A DNA stretch of 62,878 nt, the filler included, from Squatina squatina (Eukaryota), in the NCBI GenBank assembly GCA_031763465.1. It is 4 parts of 4 records of this genome, joined end to end, with 100 filler letters (N's around TTAATTAATTAA, not from the genome) between each part and the next. Parts side by side here need not be neighbours in the genome. Positions count along the whole stretch, not along the records: positions 31,119 to 46,497 come from JARFOE010000007.1; positions 46,598 to 62,878 come from JARFOE010480030.1; 2 more parts are not named here. One strand, given 5' to 3'. How positions within the stretch are numbered: position 1 is the stretch's first letter; every line of letters starts with the position of its first letter. The notes under the pieces were generated by a model. That model did not search any database, was not told the origin of the DNA, and worked only from the letters and a program-made list of their open reading frames with translations. Positions 38,601 to 51,320 of this stretch are shown piece by piece. The position numbers and the translations under genes were made by a program.

Positions 38601-41600
38601 GACAACGGAGGGGAGGGAAAGGTTGTCTGTCTCCAGCCAGGATTAAAGACATTTCAATGAAAAAAAATAAAAGAAAGCAGCTGGATGAAAGAGCCACTAC
38701 CCCTATAGAATGAGACAACAGAGGGTGGATTAAAAAAGAGAGACAAAATGATTTTGAAAAAAGATAATTATGCCTTACAACAATTACGGCAGCTATGAAG
38801 TGAAATTATAATAGTCCTTCAAAACTAATTTAAATGTGATGAAAGCGGCTGTGCAAGACAGCAGAAAATCATAAGGTTTACGATGCAGATCTCAGCTGCA
38901 AAGATAGTGATCAGATTATTCTCTTTACTTGCACGTTACCAGCAGAGCTCATCAGTTTAAGGATCGACAAGCACTGAAATGAAGTTTGCCACGGAGTTAG
39001 CATTGACCGAGGAGAATACAGGGCTAAAATAAAAACACACAGCCACTGAAGCAGACGAATAATTAACACTGTCTTTGAATTGTCCGTTTAAGTTCCAGTG
39101 TATATTCAAACAGCTGTCATTCTGCCGACCAATGTTTATGTTACTGAATACCAAGATCACGAAATGCGAAGATTTTACTGTCCTTGATTGTTTGTTCGTG
39201 CACTTTTGAATTTTTCATTCTACCATTCTGCAAATAGCCCCTTTTAAAANNNNNNNNNNNNNNNNNNNNNNNNNNNNNNNNNNNNNNNNNNNNNNNNNNN
39301 NNNNNNNNNNNNNNNNNNNNNNNNNNNNNNNNNNNNNNNNNNNNNNNNNCCATTAGGAGTATATTTATTTTTAATTAATTGTATGCCTAAATTGGCAAGC
39401 AAACAGATACTGTTACATTAATTTAATGGGATGACAAATTTATGTCAAAGTTTCTGTGACAGATGATATAAAATATGTTGAATACTTTGGTTCATGTTAT
39501 CTTTCCCTTTCATACAGCCCTGAAGAGAATTAGTTCCCATGTCTTGCACGATGAACATCATAAATTTATATTTCTAAAAACTGAAGGTCATCTTTTTATA
39601 TTTTCATTTAATAAATTAAATTGACAATACATTAGTAAAACTTGTCTTATGCAGTCTTTCAGCTTTAAGTTGGCGTATATACTTTATAGCAGAAGAATTT
39701 CTTTTGCCTTTTATTTTGACAACAGTTCAAATTTAATATTCACACAAATGTACTGTTTATGGAATGCCAACACTATTACGGTAGAAAAGGGAAAATTTTG
39801 TATATGGCATTCATTCAATATCTTGATTAAACAAAAGACTTCAAAAGACACAAACTTATGATTTCAAAAGGAAAACATATTTACTCCACCCACTGAGCAA
39901 GTCAGATTTTAAAATCAGCATGCATTAATAGTTGTTTTGTCTGCCATTTTGGGACATAGCAAATCATTTTACACAGCATTGTTGTTGCTATCAAGGTGAG
40001 ACATAATTATTTCTCAGGGGCACTCTTCCCACTTTGCGACCATCGTAAACCTTTGCAGACCAGGTGCTATGTTGCACAGGTTTGATTTAATTCAAAATTC
40101 TCTACCACTGCATATCCCAACAAGGTGCCTAAACGGGAAGCACAGAGCAATGACCTCTGGTGTATGGCTTAACATTTATATTCCCCACATCATCTACTCT
40201 TAGTTGGGTTGGCAGCATTCAAACTGGGGGATAGTAAATTGGTGCTTGTATTTATCTTCTAAAAGGAAGAACAGAGCTGTCCAAAATTGTGTTTTATAAA
40301 GCTTGCCTTATTTNNNNNNNNNNNNNNNNNNNNNNNNNNNNNNNNNNNNNNNNNNNNNNNNNNNNNNNNNNNNNNNNNNNNNNNNNNNNNNNNNNNNNNN
40401 NNNNNNNNNNNNNNNNNNNNNNNNNNNNNNNNNNNNNNNNNNNNNNNNNNNNNNNNNNNNNNNNNNNNNNNNNNNNNNNNNNNNNNNNNNNNNNNNNNNN
40501 NNNNNNNNNNNNNNNNNNNNNNNNNNNNNNNNNNNNNNNNNNNNNNNNNNNNNNNNNNNNNNNNNNNNNNNNNNNNNNNNNNNNNNNNNNNNNNNNNNNN
40601 NNNNNNNNNNNNNNNNNNNNNNNNNNNNNNNNNNNNNNNNNNNNNNNNNNNNNNNNNNNNNNNNNNNNNNNNNNNNNNNNNNNNNNNNNNNNNNNNNNNN
40701 NNNNNNNNNNNNNNNNNNNNNNNNNNNNNNNNNNNNNNNNNNNNNNNNNNNNNNNNNNACTTTGAGGACGGATTCTCCTTTGCAGCTTTAGAACTATGCA
40801 TCAATCTTATCGCAGGTAGCATAAGAGACAGGCTTGAAATGACAGTACATTTCGGGAGCCAAAATTCTCTCATCTTTTACTTGTTATTTTGTACGAAAAG
40901 CTACCCAAAAATATCAAAGGGTTAAGCTTGCACGCTATCTTCGTACTGACCTTAAGGCAGAAGTGGCAACATCAGTCTCACTTCATCTACATATGTTGAG
41001 GGTAATTGATAAACTCCAGTGCTAACCACATGGAAAAGAATAAAAATAGCAATATGCTGTTTTTACATCATCAGATCCAATTCTCATCTCAGCTAAATTT
41101 ACTTAGTGTCACCAAACCGGATACGTGAACCAAGCAGTGAGGCAGTTCCACAGACATATGGAAAACTTACACAGTTTATATCAAAGTATTGAATGGGTTA
41201 AATTGCTAACTGTAAGCTTGGGGAAAAAAAGGTCCAAAGCATTTAAAACGATTAAATTCACAGGGCTAAGAAATATCATAAATACTGCACGACTGACACT
41301 TTTCTATAACATTTTCTTCTGTTAACTGAGATGAAAGTGGCCTTGAGAGGGAGAAAATGGCCACAAAAATACCAGCTTTTAAACTCTGAATATTTAATTT
41401 ACTGATAAACTTTCTAGTGTACACCAATGAAACTAATAATTGGTTCAGTATAGTTTTTGAGATGTTTTTAGTGATTTTAAATCAGGCTACTCACACGTGG
41501 TAGTCTGGACACTCATCTTTTTATTGCTTATTTTTTGTGAAAAATCCAAAGTTGCACCAGCCTAGCACTCTTATGCAAAGAAAAAAATAGAAGATTTACG

Positions 41601-44452
41601 TTAGTGATTATGCAAATGCGTCANNNNNNNNNNNNNNNNNNNNNNNNNNNNNNNNNNNNNNNNNNNNNNNNNNNNNNNNNNNNNNNNNNNNNNNNNNNNN
41701 NNNNNNNNNNNNNNNNNNNNNNNNNNNNNNNNNNNNNNNNNNNNNNNNNNNNNNNNNNNNNNNNNNNNNNNNNNNNNNNNNNNNNNNNNNNNNNNNNNNN
41801 NNNNNNNNNNNNNNNNNNNNNNNNNNNNNNNNNNNNNNNNNNNNNNNNNNNNNNNNNNNNNNNNNNNNNNNNNNNNNNNNNNNNNNNNNNNNNNNNNNNN
41901 NNNNNNNNNNNNNNNNNNNNNNNNNNNNNNNNNNNNNNNNNNNNNNNNNNNNNNNNNNNNNNNNNNNNNNNNNNNNNNNNNNNNNNNNNNNNNNNNNNNN
42001 NNNNNNNNNNNNNNNNNNNNNNNNNNNNNNNNNNNNNNNNNNNNNNNNNNNNNNNNNNNNNNNNNNNNNNNNNNNNNNNNNNNNNNNNNNNNNNNNNNNN
42101 NNNNNNNNNNNNNNNNNNNNNNNNNNNNNNNNNNNNNNNNNNNNNNNNNNNNNNNNNNNNNNNNNNNNNNNNNNNNNNNNNNNNNNNNNNNNNNNNNNNN
42201 NNNCTCCTGAACAGTTATTCTGTAGAACAGCACTATGCTCCTTTTTTGTTTACTATTATCTGATTCATTAGTGCTGTAGAGAATTTGTGGACGCTGTCAC
42301 TCTATCATCTTCATTTCGGAAAGGCAAAAAGAAACAAAAAAAAATCAATATTAACTTAAAAGCATTAGGGTTGAATATTAAGTGAGTGTTCAAAATGTAG
42401 TATCTAATTAAATGTCAGATTCTGGAGACAAAGATAATAAATGTGTGAACTTCGGCATGGGATTTTTCAAAAATATTCATTTCAGGGCATCTGCTAAGCT
42501 GGTAATTGTTTTCCCACCTACCTCCGCCTCGTATAGCAGATACCCTTGTTAGTTAGGCTGCAGTTACAACTGTTTTGACTGCAGACAGGATAATTAGAAT
42601 TGTGTGCACCCCTACCAAACGCTGCCCCTCTCCCATTGTTGGCATATATTTCAAGTTGTCTGGATACATATTCTCCTGGAGCATGTTTAACAATTAGATA
42701 CAAAATGGTGCATTCTGGTTAATTTTTAACTTCAAAATCGATGGATTTTGCTGTAACAAAATAGGAAAAAAAGTGAGTTATAGGTATATTCACATTCACC
42801 AGACAGGCCATCACTTCTTAAAGTCATTTCTACAGTTACTCTCCCCCTTCTATTTTTGCCAAGTTGCCTTCATTCAGAGGCAACCTTCCCCTACAACCCC
42901 ACTACTCAGTACACAGATGCACTCTTTTCCTCAAACCCCCTTCGCCTAACTATCCCTCCCCAGTTGCTCTTCACAGCTCACAGAACCCTCGTCCTGCTTC
43001 TCCTTTCCCCCTGCCAGCCCCAGTCCATAAGACATGCTACTTCCTTAATCGTCCACCCGTTAATCGTGGCTGCAGCTTGTACCGAGCGTTGTTGCTTCAT
43101 TTTGGGAACTCAGCCCGTGCTTCAACCGGAGATCCCTGTTCATTTAAGGACAAAGAGTTCCCATTTGCAGCACAGTGGAAGTTACAAATTACAGCCAGGA
43201 CCGGCAGCAAGAAGAACGTCTGTGAATGGAGCATCATCTACCAACCAGAACCCTGGGGGCAGCACATCAGCATGGATGGACCTCAGACTGTTAGCGTGCC
43301 ATTGCACTGGTTGGGCCCCCAGTGTCCCATGATGGACCCAGTGGCGATGACAGCAGTCAGTGCTCACGTAGCCTCCAGCTGAGACTGCCTGAGAGCAGCC
43401 TCATCACGTATGCCAGCTAACACTTCCTACATAGCCTTAGCAGCCCCTTGTACCTCATCATGCTGAGCCCGCCTGAGAGCAGCCCCAGCATGCCTGCTAA
43501 CANNNNNNNNNNNNNNNNNNNNNNNNNNNNNNNNNNNNNNNNNNNNNNNNNNNNNNNNNNNNNNNNNNNNNNNNNNNNNNNNNNNNNNNNNNNNNNNNNN
43601 NNNNNNNNNNNNNNNNNNNNNNNNNNNNNNNNNNNNNNNNNNNNNNNNNNNNNNNNNNNNNNNNNNNNNNNNNNNNNNNNNNNNNNNNNNNNNNNNNNNN
43701 NNNNNNNNNNNNNNNNNNNNNNNNNNNNNNNNNNNNNNNNNNNNNNNNNNNNNNNNNNNNNNNNNNNNNNNNNNNNNNNNNNNNNNNNNNNNNNNNNNNN
43801 NNNNNNNNNNNNNNNNNNNNNNNNNNNNNNNNNNNNNNNNNNNNNNNNNNNNNNNNNNNNNNNNNNNNNNNNNNNNNNNNNNNNNNNNNNNNNNNNNNNN
43901 NNNNNNNNNNNNNNNNNNNNNNNNNNNNNNNNNNNNNNNNNNNNNNNNNNNNNNNNNNNNNNNNNNNNNNNNNNNNNNNNNNNNNNNNNNNNNNNNNNNN
44001 NNNNNNNNNNNNNNNNNNNNNNNNNNNNNNNNNNNNNNNNNNNNNNNNNNNNNNNNNNNNNNNNNNNNNNNNNNNNNNNNNNNNNNNNNNNNNNNNNNNN
44101 NNNNNNNNNNNNNNNNNNNNNNNNNNNNNNNNNNNNNNNNNNNNNNNNNNNNNNNNNCGCGATTTTAACAGAGGTCTGAATCTATTTATTTACAACGGGT
44201 TATTGCCTCTGTTAAATAGCAGCAAGCGGAATTGTATATGATTGCTTCAGGGGTTCACACTTGCCCAGTGTAACTCTTTTTGCTACTTTTTACCACCAAC
44301 TGCATGATTAAAGAAACAAGCTTCCCTGGCTAAATAATTCATTTAGATGCACACAAATCCAAATGTGAAGCTGAAACAAGTTCTGGCTGCTCGTCCTATT
44401 GTTCGGGTTCCTAAAGTCCAGTCAAAAAAGAAAAAGAAAGATCTGAAAGATT

Positions 44453-44870
44453 TGCATTCATATAGCATCTTTCATGACCTCAGAATGTCCCAAAACCAAT
44501 GAACTACTTTTCAAATGACTTATCAGTCACTGTTGTAATGTAGNNNNNNNNNNTCCCACCAACAACAATGACTTAATGACCAGATAATCTGTTTTTGCGA
44601 TTTTGGTTCAGGGATAAATATTGGCCGGACACCAAGGAGAAGTCCCCCGCTTTTCTTCAAAATAGTGCCATGGAATCTTATTGGGCTACCTGAGAGGGCA
44701 GACGGGGCCTTGGCTTAACGTCTCATTCGACCGGCACTGTAGCCAATTTTTGTATCGTTGATGCAGCGCTGCCTCAGCACTGCACTGGAGCGTCAGCCTA
44801 GATTTTGTGCGCAAGTCTCTGGGACTTGAACGCACAACCTTCTGATTAAGCGAGTGAGCCACGGCAACAC
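44453..44870 (-). mobile_element. DeuSINE, near full length
   Basis: Reverse Deu domain: agggataaatattggccggacacc..cttcaaaatagtgccatgg..ctgagagggcagacggggcc..ttaacgtctcat. Confidence 0.9.
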
Positions 44871-46304
44871 CATTACATTTTTTCTCTAATGTGTGCGACA
44901 TAATATTCCTAAACCATCGGTTTATCCAAAAATACCCAACCCACGTTGAGTCACCGGGTGCAAGCACATTGCATTAAGAAAATTTCCAGTCAGTGAAGTG
45001 GGAATTATCATTTCGGGGAAGGGGTAAAACAGCACAAAAAAATATTTAATGGGAGGGTAGACTACTTATGTCTATTTGTCCCATGTGACTGTGTAAATGG
45101 CTGTAAAGGTTAAGTGTTTGTACCATTTCCCTCTTGCAGGGATTTTATATAATGATTTCTGACTCCATGACGCACAGAGAACAAACACCAATCTGTGCGT
45201 TGACACAAAGTAGGGAAAGTTTGCCCCCAGTTTTATTCTTGTGCCTGTGTGAGGGGGGAATCTCAGGCACAATGTTTTATTCAAACTGTTCCCCCTTATC
45301 GAAACCAAACTGACATTCATAATGGCAAAAAAGGACGTAAGCAAGATTCTGATGCTTGTAGTACTGCATAAGTCAAGTGCACAGCAGGAATCCTCTTGTC
45401 AAGTGGCCAGTCCTTCTGGAGGTCACATATCAGCTCCCTCAGAGGTCAATTGAAAACTGTCACCCATATTCCACCAGCTACAGCACTAACACATCATCCC
45501 TCTACAGAGTAGCTGGTGGCGATAACTGCATTACAGGTCAAGTTCAATGTAACTACTGCAGAATTCTTCATCACTCAAACTAGAGGAGATTTTTTTTAAT
45601 TAATTAAGTGTTGTGAAGGGTAGTGACAATTTCAGGCAATAGAATAAAATTACTGTGTGGAGTGGTGATTTTTGTAGATGTCTATTGAATCACCGATGTG
45701 GATTATGGCCAAGGGATCAGGAGTAGGAGTGAATTGAATGAATTTCATTCCATTATCTTTTACAATAGATTTTGCTAAGATTAAGAAAATGACATCTGGA
45801 ACAAATACAGAAGAATTCTAATGCTTGATGATGGCTCATCGCCAGATGAAAACTGATGTCTATCACCTTTGAGGACTGGATACAAAATGCCATCATCGTG
45901 TTTATAAAATGAAAGCTATAGAAGAACACCAAATCAGCAGTGCTCATCGCTATTGTGCTGATTTAGGATTCAGCTCCAAGAACCAAAATGTGGCCAACTT
46001 ACACTTTTTTGAATTAGAAATCACTTCACTTGAAAATGAACAATAATTAGCTTCAGAGAAATAACAACAATGCCCATAATAGAAAATGTTGATTGTGGTT
46101 ACCATTTTGTTTGATAAACAGAGGTGTAAGTAGATTTTCTGTACATTGCATTTGGTAAAATTGTGGTTTAGCACAATGGAAGATTTGTTCTGTTTACTGG
46201 TTGTAATAAAATCATTTATCAAGAACTTGTTCACAATTTTGCTACCCAAAATGCACAAAGGACATCTTCCTCCGTGTGTCCCTTTTTCATGAAGGGTAGG
46301 CAGT

Positions 46305-46497
46305 TTAGAACATAAGAACTAGGAGCAGGAGTAGGCCATTCAGCTCCTCGAGCCTGCTCCACCATTCAATAAGACCATGATGACTGATCTTCTACCTCAA
46401 CTCCACTTTCCCACACTATCTGCACATCCCTTGGTTCCCTCAGCATCTGAGAGTCTATTTACCTCTGTCTTGAACATACTTGATGACTGAGCATCCA
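46305..46497 (-). mobile_element. CR1 3' end
   Basis: agaacataagaactaggagcaggagtaggccattc..tctacctcaactccactt. Confidence 0.9.
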
Positions 46498-46597
46498 NNN
46501 NNNNNNNNNNNNNNNNNNNNNNNNNNNNNNNNNNNNNNNNNTTAATTAATTAANNNNNNNNNNNNNNNNNNNNNNNNNNNNNNNNNNNNNNNNNNNN
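46498..46597. other. Artificial scaffold spacer
   Basis: 44 N + TTAATTAATTAA + 44 N. Confidence 0.97.
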
Positions 46598-47428
46598 AAA
46601 TGGAGTATAATGTGGGAAAATGTGAAGTTGTTCATTTTGGAAAGAAAAACAAAAGAACAGAGTATTATTTAAACTGAGAAAAACTGCAGAAAGCTGCATC
46701 ACAAAGGGATTTGGGGGTCCTTGTGCATGAAACACAGAAAGCTAACATACAAGTGCAGCAGGTAATAAGGAAGGCAAATGGAATGTTGGCCTTTATTTCA
46801 AGGGGGTTGGATATAAAGGTAAGGACATCTTGCTGCAACTATACAAGACACTAGTGAGACCGCATCTGGAGTACTGTGAGCAGTTTTCGTCCCCGTATTT
46901 AAGGAAGGATATAAATGCATTGGAGGCGGTTCAGAGAAGGACAATTTACTGGGACGATTCCGGGTCTGGAGGGATTGTCCTATGAGGAAATGTTGAACAG
47001 GTTGGGACTCTACTCATTGGAATTTAGAAGAATGAGAGGAAATCTTATTGAAGCATATAAGATTCTTAGGGAGCTGGACAGGGTAAATGCTGAGAAAATG
47101 TTTCCTCTCATTCGTGAATCTAGGACCAGAGGACACAGTCTCAGAATAAAAGGGTGCCCATTTAAGACAGAGGCGAGGAGGAATTTCTTCTCCCAGAGGG
47201 TTGAGTCTTTCGAACTCCTTGCCACAGAAGGCTGTGGAAGCTGAGACCTTGTGCCTATTTAAGTCTGAGATAGATAGATTTCTAATCAGTAAGGGAATCA
47301 AGGGTTATGGGGAGAAGGCGGGGAGGTGGAATTGAGAAATGTCGGATCAGCCATGATCCAATTGAATGGCGGAGTGGGCTCGATGGGCCGAATGGCCTAC
47401 TCCTGCTTCTATTCCTTATGGTCTTATG
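46598..47428 (+). mobile_element. CR1 LINE, 3' 830 bp
   Basis: EYNVG.KCEVVHFG..LYKTLVRPHLEYC..LGLYSLEFRRMRGNLIE..TRGHSL, 3'UTR and (cttatg)n tail; frameshifted. Confidence 0.95.
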
Positions 47429-47910
47429 GAATGGCTGCCTCCTGCTCCTATACAGCAGGGTATGCGATCTGAGTGGTATACTCCTTTTCCTGTGTAACAG
47501 ATTCAGGGATCTGAATGGACTCATCCTGTTCCTATATAACAGGCTAGAGAGGCTGAATGACATCTTCCTGTTCCAATATAAAGGCTTGAGGGACGAAGGG
47601 GCTAACTGCATCATCTATGTAACAGGCTCGAATGGCTAAATTGTTTAAAATCCTGTTCCTGTTTAACAGGTTCGACGGCAGAATGGCGCCCTCCTCTTCC
47701 TATTCAGCTATTTTGAGGGATGATGTCCTTCTGTTCCTATGTAAGAGGCTCAAGGGGCTGATTGACCTCCTCAGGATTCAAAGTAACGGTGACAATGTGC
47801 TAACTGACCTATTGCTATTCCTCTGCAAAGGGCTTAAAGTGCTGAATCCCCTGCTCCTGGTCCAATGTAACAGAGTCAAGGGGCTGGACGGCCTACTCCA
47901 GCTCCTATCC
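47429..47910 (+). repeat. Diverged ~42-bp tandem array derived from the CR1 3' tail (about 12 units)
   Basis: Consensus approx. ggctcgaggggctgaatggcctcctcctgttcctatgtaaca; 14-aa periodicity in the overlapping ORFs. Confidence 0.85.
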
Positions 47911-48010
47911 TGAAGTGTTTCATATTTTTAGCCAAGTTAGCATCTACCTCATCACTTAGCCGGAACTATCCATCCTGTGGTGCCAGTCTGTGTTCCGTTG
48001 CACCTCTTAC

Positions 48011-48095
48011 CATTGCCAGTTATATAGTTGATCACTTTTTTTATTGCACCTTTTCCACCTTTCCCACCTGGCGATCTGGATTGTTCTGGTTCCAT
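48011..48095 (-). CDS. Candidate first coding exon of an unidentified gene (MEPEQSRSPGGKGGKGAIKKVINYITGN, phase 1)
   Basis: ATG in GAAATGG Kozak context, open for 28 codons + 1 nt to donor ATG|gtaaga; NAGNAG acceptor at 48123-48127 with a weak pyrimidine tract; non-repetitive sequence. Confidence 0.35.
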
Positions 48096-48477
48096 TTCAA
48101 TGGCTCGGCCACAATAGCGTACCTGCTGAGAATCTAATCACAAATAATCTTTCCTTGTTAATGCAGCTAGATATCGACACAGTTTATCTGGTGGATTCAT
48201 TCAGCACAATTATTGGGATGGCATTACACCGATAATGAAATTTAGGTTGTGGAAATTGCAATTCGATATTAATCAATTATATCGATAGAATTATTGAGAT
48301 CTCACTTCACCACTTTCCCTCCTCATTATTGAGGTTTTAATTTAATTATTTTTTTCAGAACTTTCACACTACTGACAATTTAAGGGTCTCAATTTTTCAC
48401 CACACCTGTCCGTCGGGAAACTGACATGATTGAGCGAAATGCCAGAAAAACACAAACCCTATATTACTCTCTGGAAG

Positions 48478-48640
48478 GAAAGAAAGAATTTGCATTATAT
48501 AGCAGCTTTTATGACTTCAGGACGTCCCAACGCACTTTACATACTGACAAAGAACTGCTTTATATGCAGTCACTGTTGTAACGTTTTGAATTGCAGGAGC
48601 TAATGTGCGTACAGCATGGTCCCACAGGCTTCAGTGACAT
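48478..48640 (-). mobile_element. DeuSINE 3' end
   Basis: ttgcattatatagc..ttatgacttcaggacgtccca..cactttac..gtcactgttgtaa. Confidence 0.75.
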
Positions 48641-48711
48641 TGAGGTGAGGCCCTAACCTTTATGCAGATGCACTATTGAATTTCCCTCTTGCTTTAAGGT
48701 CTGACAATTAG

Positions 48712-50230
48712 CAGAGGGACATAGTACATATGGACAGAGGGAAAGAGGAGAAAGCGACATAGGGATATAGGGCATCAGGACAGAGGGAAAGAGGGACATA
48801 GCGACATACGGACAGAGGGACTTAGGGAAAGACAGGAAAGGGCATAGGATCATACGGACAGAGGGAGTAGGGAAAGACAGGAAAGGGGACGAGGGAAAAG
48901 GGAACGAGGGACAGGGGGACAGAGGGAAAGTGGGACAGAGGGAAAGGGAGTGGGACAGCGAGGGAGAGGGAAAGAGGGATTTTGGGAAAACAGGAAAGGG
49001 CATAGGGTCATAGGGACAGAGGGACAGTGAGACAAGGGGACAGTGGGAAAGGGGGACAGAGGGAAATGGGAAAGGGGAAAGAGGGACAGAGGGAAAGGGG
49101 ACAGAGGGAAAGGGGGACAGAGGGAAAGGGGGACAGAGGGAAAGGGGGACAGAGGGAAAGGGCGAAAGGGAGACGGGGGAAAGGGGGACAGAGGGAATGT
49201 GGGAAAGGGGGACAGAAGGTCAGGGGACAGAGGGAATGCGGGAAAGGGGGAGAGAGGGACAGGGCGACAGAGGGACATGGGGACAGAGGGAGAGGGGGAC
49301 AGAGGGAATGCGGGAAAGGGTAAAGAGCGACAGAGGGAAAGTGGGACAGAGGGAAAGAGAGAAATGGGGACAGGGGGAAAGGGGGACAGAAGGAATGTGG
49401 GAAAGGGGGACAGAGAGTCAGGGGACAGAGGGAATGCTGGAAAGGGTGAAAGAAGGACATGGGGACAGAGGGACAGGGGACAGAGGGAATGCGGGAAAGG
49501 GTAAAGAGAGACAGAGGGAAAGTGGGACAGAGGGAAAGGGCGAAAGGGAGACAGGGAGAAAGGGGGACAGAAGGAATGTGGGAAAGGGGGACAGAGGGTC
49601 AGGGGACAGAGGGAATGCGGGAAAGGGGGACAGAGGGAATGTGGGAAAGGGGGACAGAGGGGCAGGGGGACAGGGTGACAGAGTGAATGCGGGAAAGGGG
49701 GACAGACGGACAGGGGGACAGAGGGAAAGGGGGACAGACGGACAGGGGGACAGAGGGACAGGGTGACAGAGGGAATGCGGGAAAGGGTAAAGAGAGACAG
49801 AGGGAAAGGGGGGCAGAGGGACAGGGTGAAAGGGGGACAGAGGGAATGAGGGAAAGGAGGACACATGGAATGCGGGAAACGGGGACAGAGGGAATGTGGG
49901 AAAGGGGGACAGAGGGAAAGGGGGAAAGTGGGACAGAGGGAAAGTGGGACAGAGGAACAGAGGGAGAGAGGGAGAGAGGGAATGTGGGACAGAGGTAAAG
50001 TGGGACAGGGGGACAGAGGGAAAGTTGGACAGGGGGACAGATAGAATGTGGGGCAGAGGGAAAGTGGGACAGAGGGAAAGGGGAAAGAGGGAAAGGGGGA
50101 CAGAGACAGAGAGGAAAAGAGAGAGATAGGTACATAGGGACAGATTGAAAGGGGGACATAGGGACAGGGAGACAAGGGAGAGACTGAGAAATGGGCATAG
50201 GCATGAATGGACAGTGCAACAGAGAGACAT
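48712..50230. repeat. 1.5-kb purine-rich satellite (GGGACAGAGGGAAA variants) with higher-order blocks
   Basis: Dozens of gggacagaggg units; plus strand strongly G/A-biased. Confidence 0.95.
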
Positions 50231-50254
50231 AGGAACTTTGGGGCTTATGGACAG

Positions 50255-50540
50255 GGATATAGGAACAGGAGCACATTAGCCCTTCGAATATCTCTCACCA
50301 ATTTGTTAGATCGCTGACTGTACCTTAACTTCATCTACCCAATCTTGGTCCTGAAACTGTCAATGCCCTGAATCAGGGAAAATTTCTATCAATCTCAGTT
50401 TTGAACGTTTCAATGATCTCGTGCCTCAAAATCTTTTTGGGAGAGAGAGTTTCAGATTCCTACTAACCTTTCTTTGAAGAAGCACTTCCTCATATCATCC
50501 CTGAACGACTTAGTTGTAATTTTAAGCTTATGCCTTGCGT
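50255..50540 (-). mobile_element. Diverged CR1 3' end
   Basis: ataggaacagga..tctatcaatctcagttttgaa..gagagagtttcagatt..gaagaagcacttcct. Confidence 0.75.
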
Positions 50541-50686
50541 TTTTTTGAAGAAATATACGGGTAAAACATAAAACATTGCACCTTTCAATTCCAACATTAA
50601 AGTAGTGGGATACTCGCAGAATTTCATATTTCTTAAACTATTTAAAGCCACGATAGACATACTCGCAGAATTAGCCTCCTTCCTAC

Positions 50687-50825
50687 CTGCAACCGCAGCC
50701 GCTGTTAATGTCTCGCAGTTGCATGTGTGCCCTGTTAACAAACACACCCTGAGCAAAGTACACAAACTGAGATTCGTCGCTCTAGTCATTACAGCATTCC
50801 CCTCCACACACTGGTCAAAGTTCAG
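50687..50825 (-). promoter_or_regulatory. Candidate promoter/leader exon with HNF4-type DR1 and forkhead motifs
   Basis: TGGTCAAAGTTCA at 50812-50824, TGAGCAAAGTACA at 50750-50762, forkhead-like TAACAAACA at 50736-50744, minus-strand donor CAG|gtagga at 50687/50686. Confidence 0.35.
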
Positions 50826-50871
50826 CTTCATATCACAGTCACCAAGGGAGACTGCACTCTAATCTATACAA

Positions 50872-51320
50872 TTTTTGTTTGTTATTCGTTTCGGGTATGT
50901 GGCCGTGGCTGGCAAGGCCGGCATTTATTGTCCATTGCTGGTTGAATTGAGAAAAGGTGACGGTGGTGGGCCTACCTCTTCAACAGCTGGAAGCAGGGTT
51001 GGTCGAACTGAATTACTCACTAGGACCACTTCAGAGGATAGCTTAGAATCAATCACATTATTATGGGACAGGAGTCACATATAGACGCTGAGACCATAGG
51101 AGGACAGCAGGTCTCCTTCCCTAACCTGACATTAGTGAAACAGTTGGGTTTTTATGACAGTCCAATGGTTTGACGGAAACTTATAATACCACCTATCTAT
51201 TTCGAGGTTTTTTTCGTAAAACTTAATTTTAAATTCTCAACTTGCACGATGAGATTTGAACTCACTTTCTCTGGATTATAGTCCTGGCCCACTGGAACAC
51301 AAACCGAGTAACATAACAGA
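50872..51320 (-). mobile_element. tRNA-derived SINE with LINE-type tail
   Basis: Minus-strand B box gagttcaaatctc near 51255; tail matches 27446-27537; a second, more diverged copy lies at 51850-52165. Confidence 0.7.

Noticed and set aside
35649-44179. Long ORFs of 150-244 aa
   Set aside because: Made of X residues from N gaps
45471-45519. 11-bp inverted repeat ccaccagctac/gtagctggtgg as a pre-miRNA
   Set aside because: Stem too short and loop of about 27 nt too large
47307-47913. LRR-like translation (LxxLxxLxLxxxNxL) of the 42-bp array
   Set aside because: A 14-aa period is too short for an LRR, Asn spacing is off by one, the frame is broken, and the unit is CR1 3'UTR
48850-50276. 441-aa Pro/Ser/Leu and Gly/Arg/Glu-rich ORFs
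   Set aside because: Open in many frames on both strands because the satellite lacks stop codons
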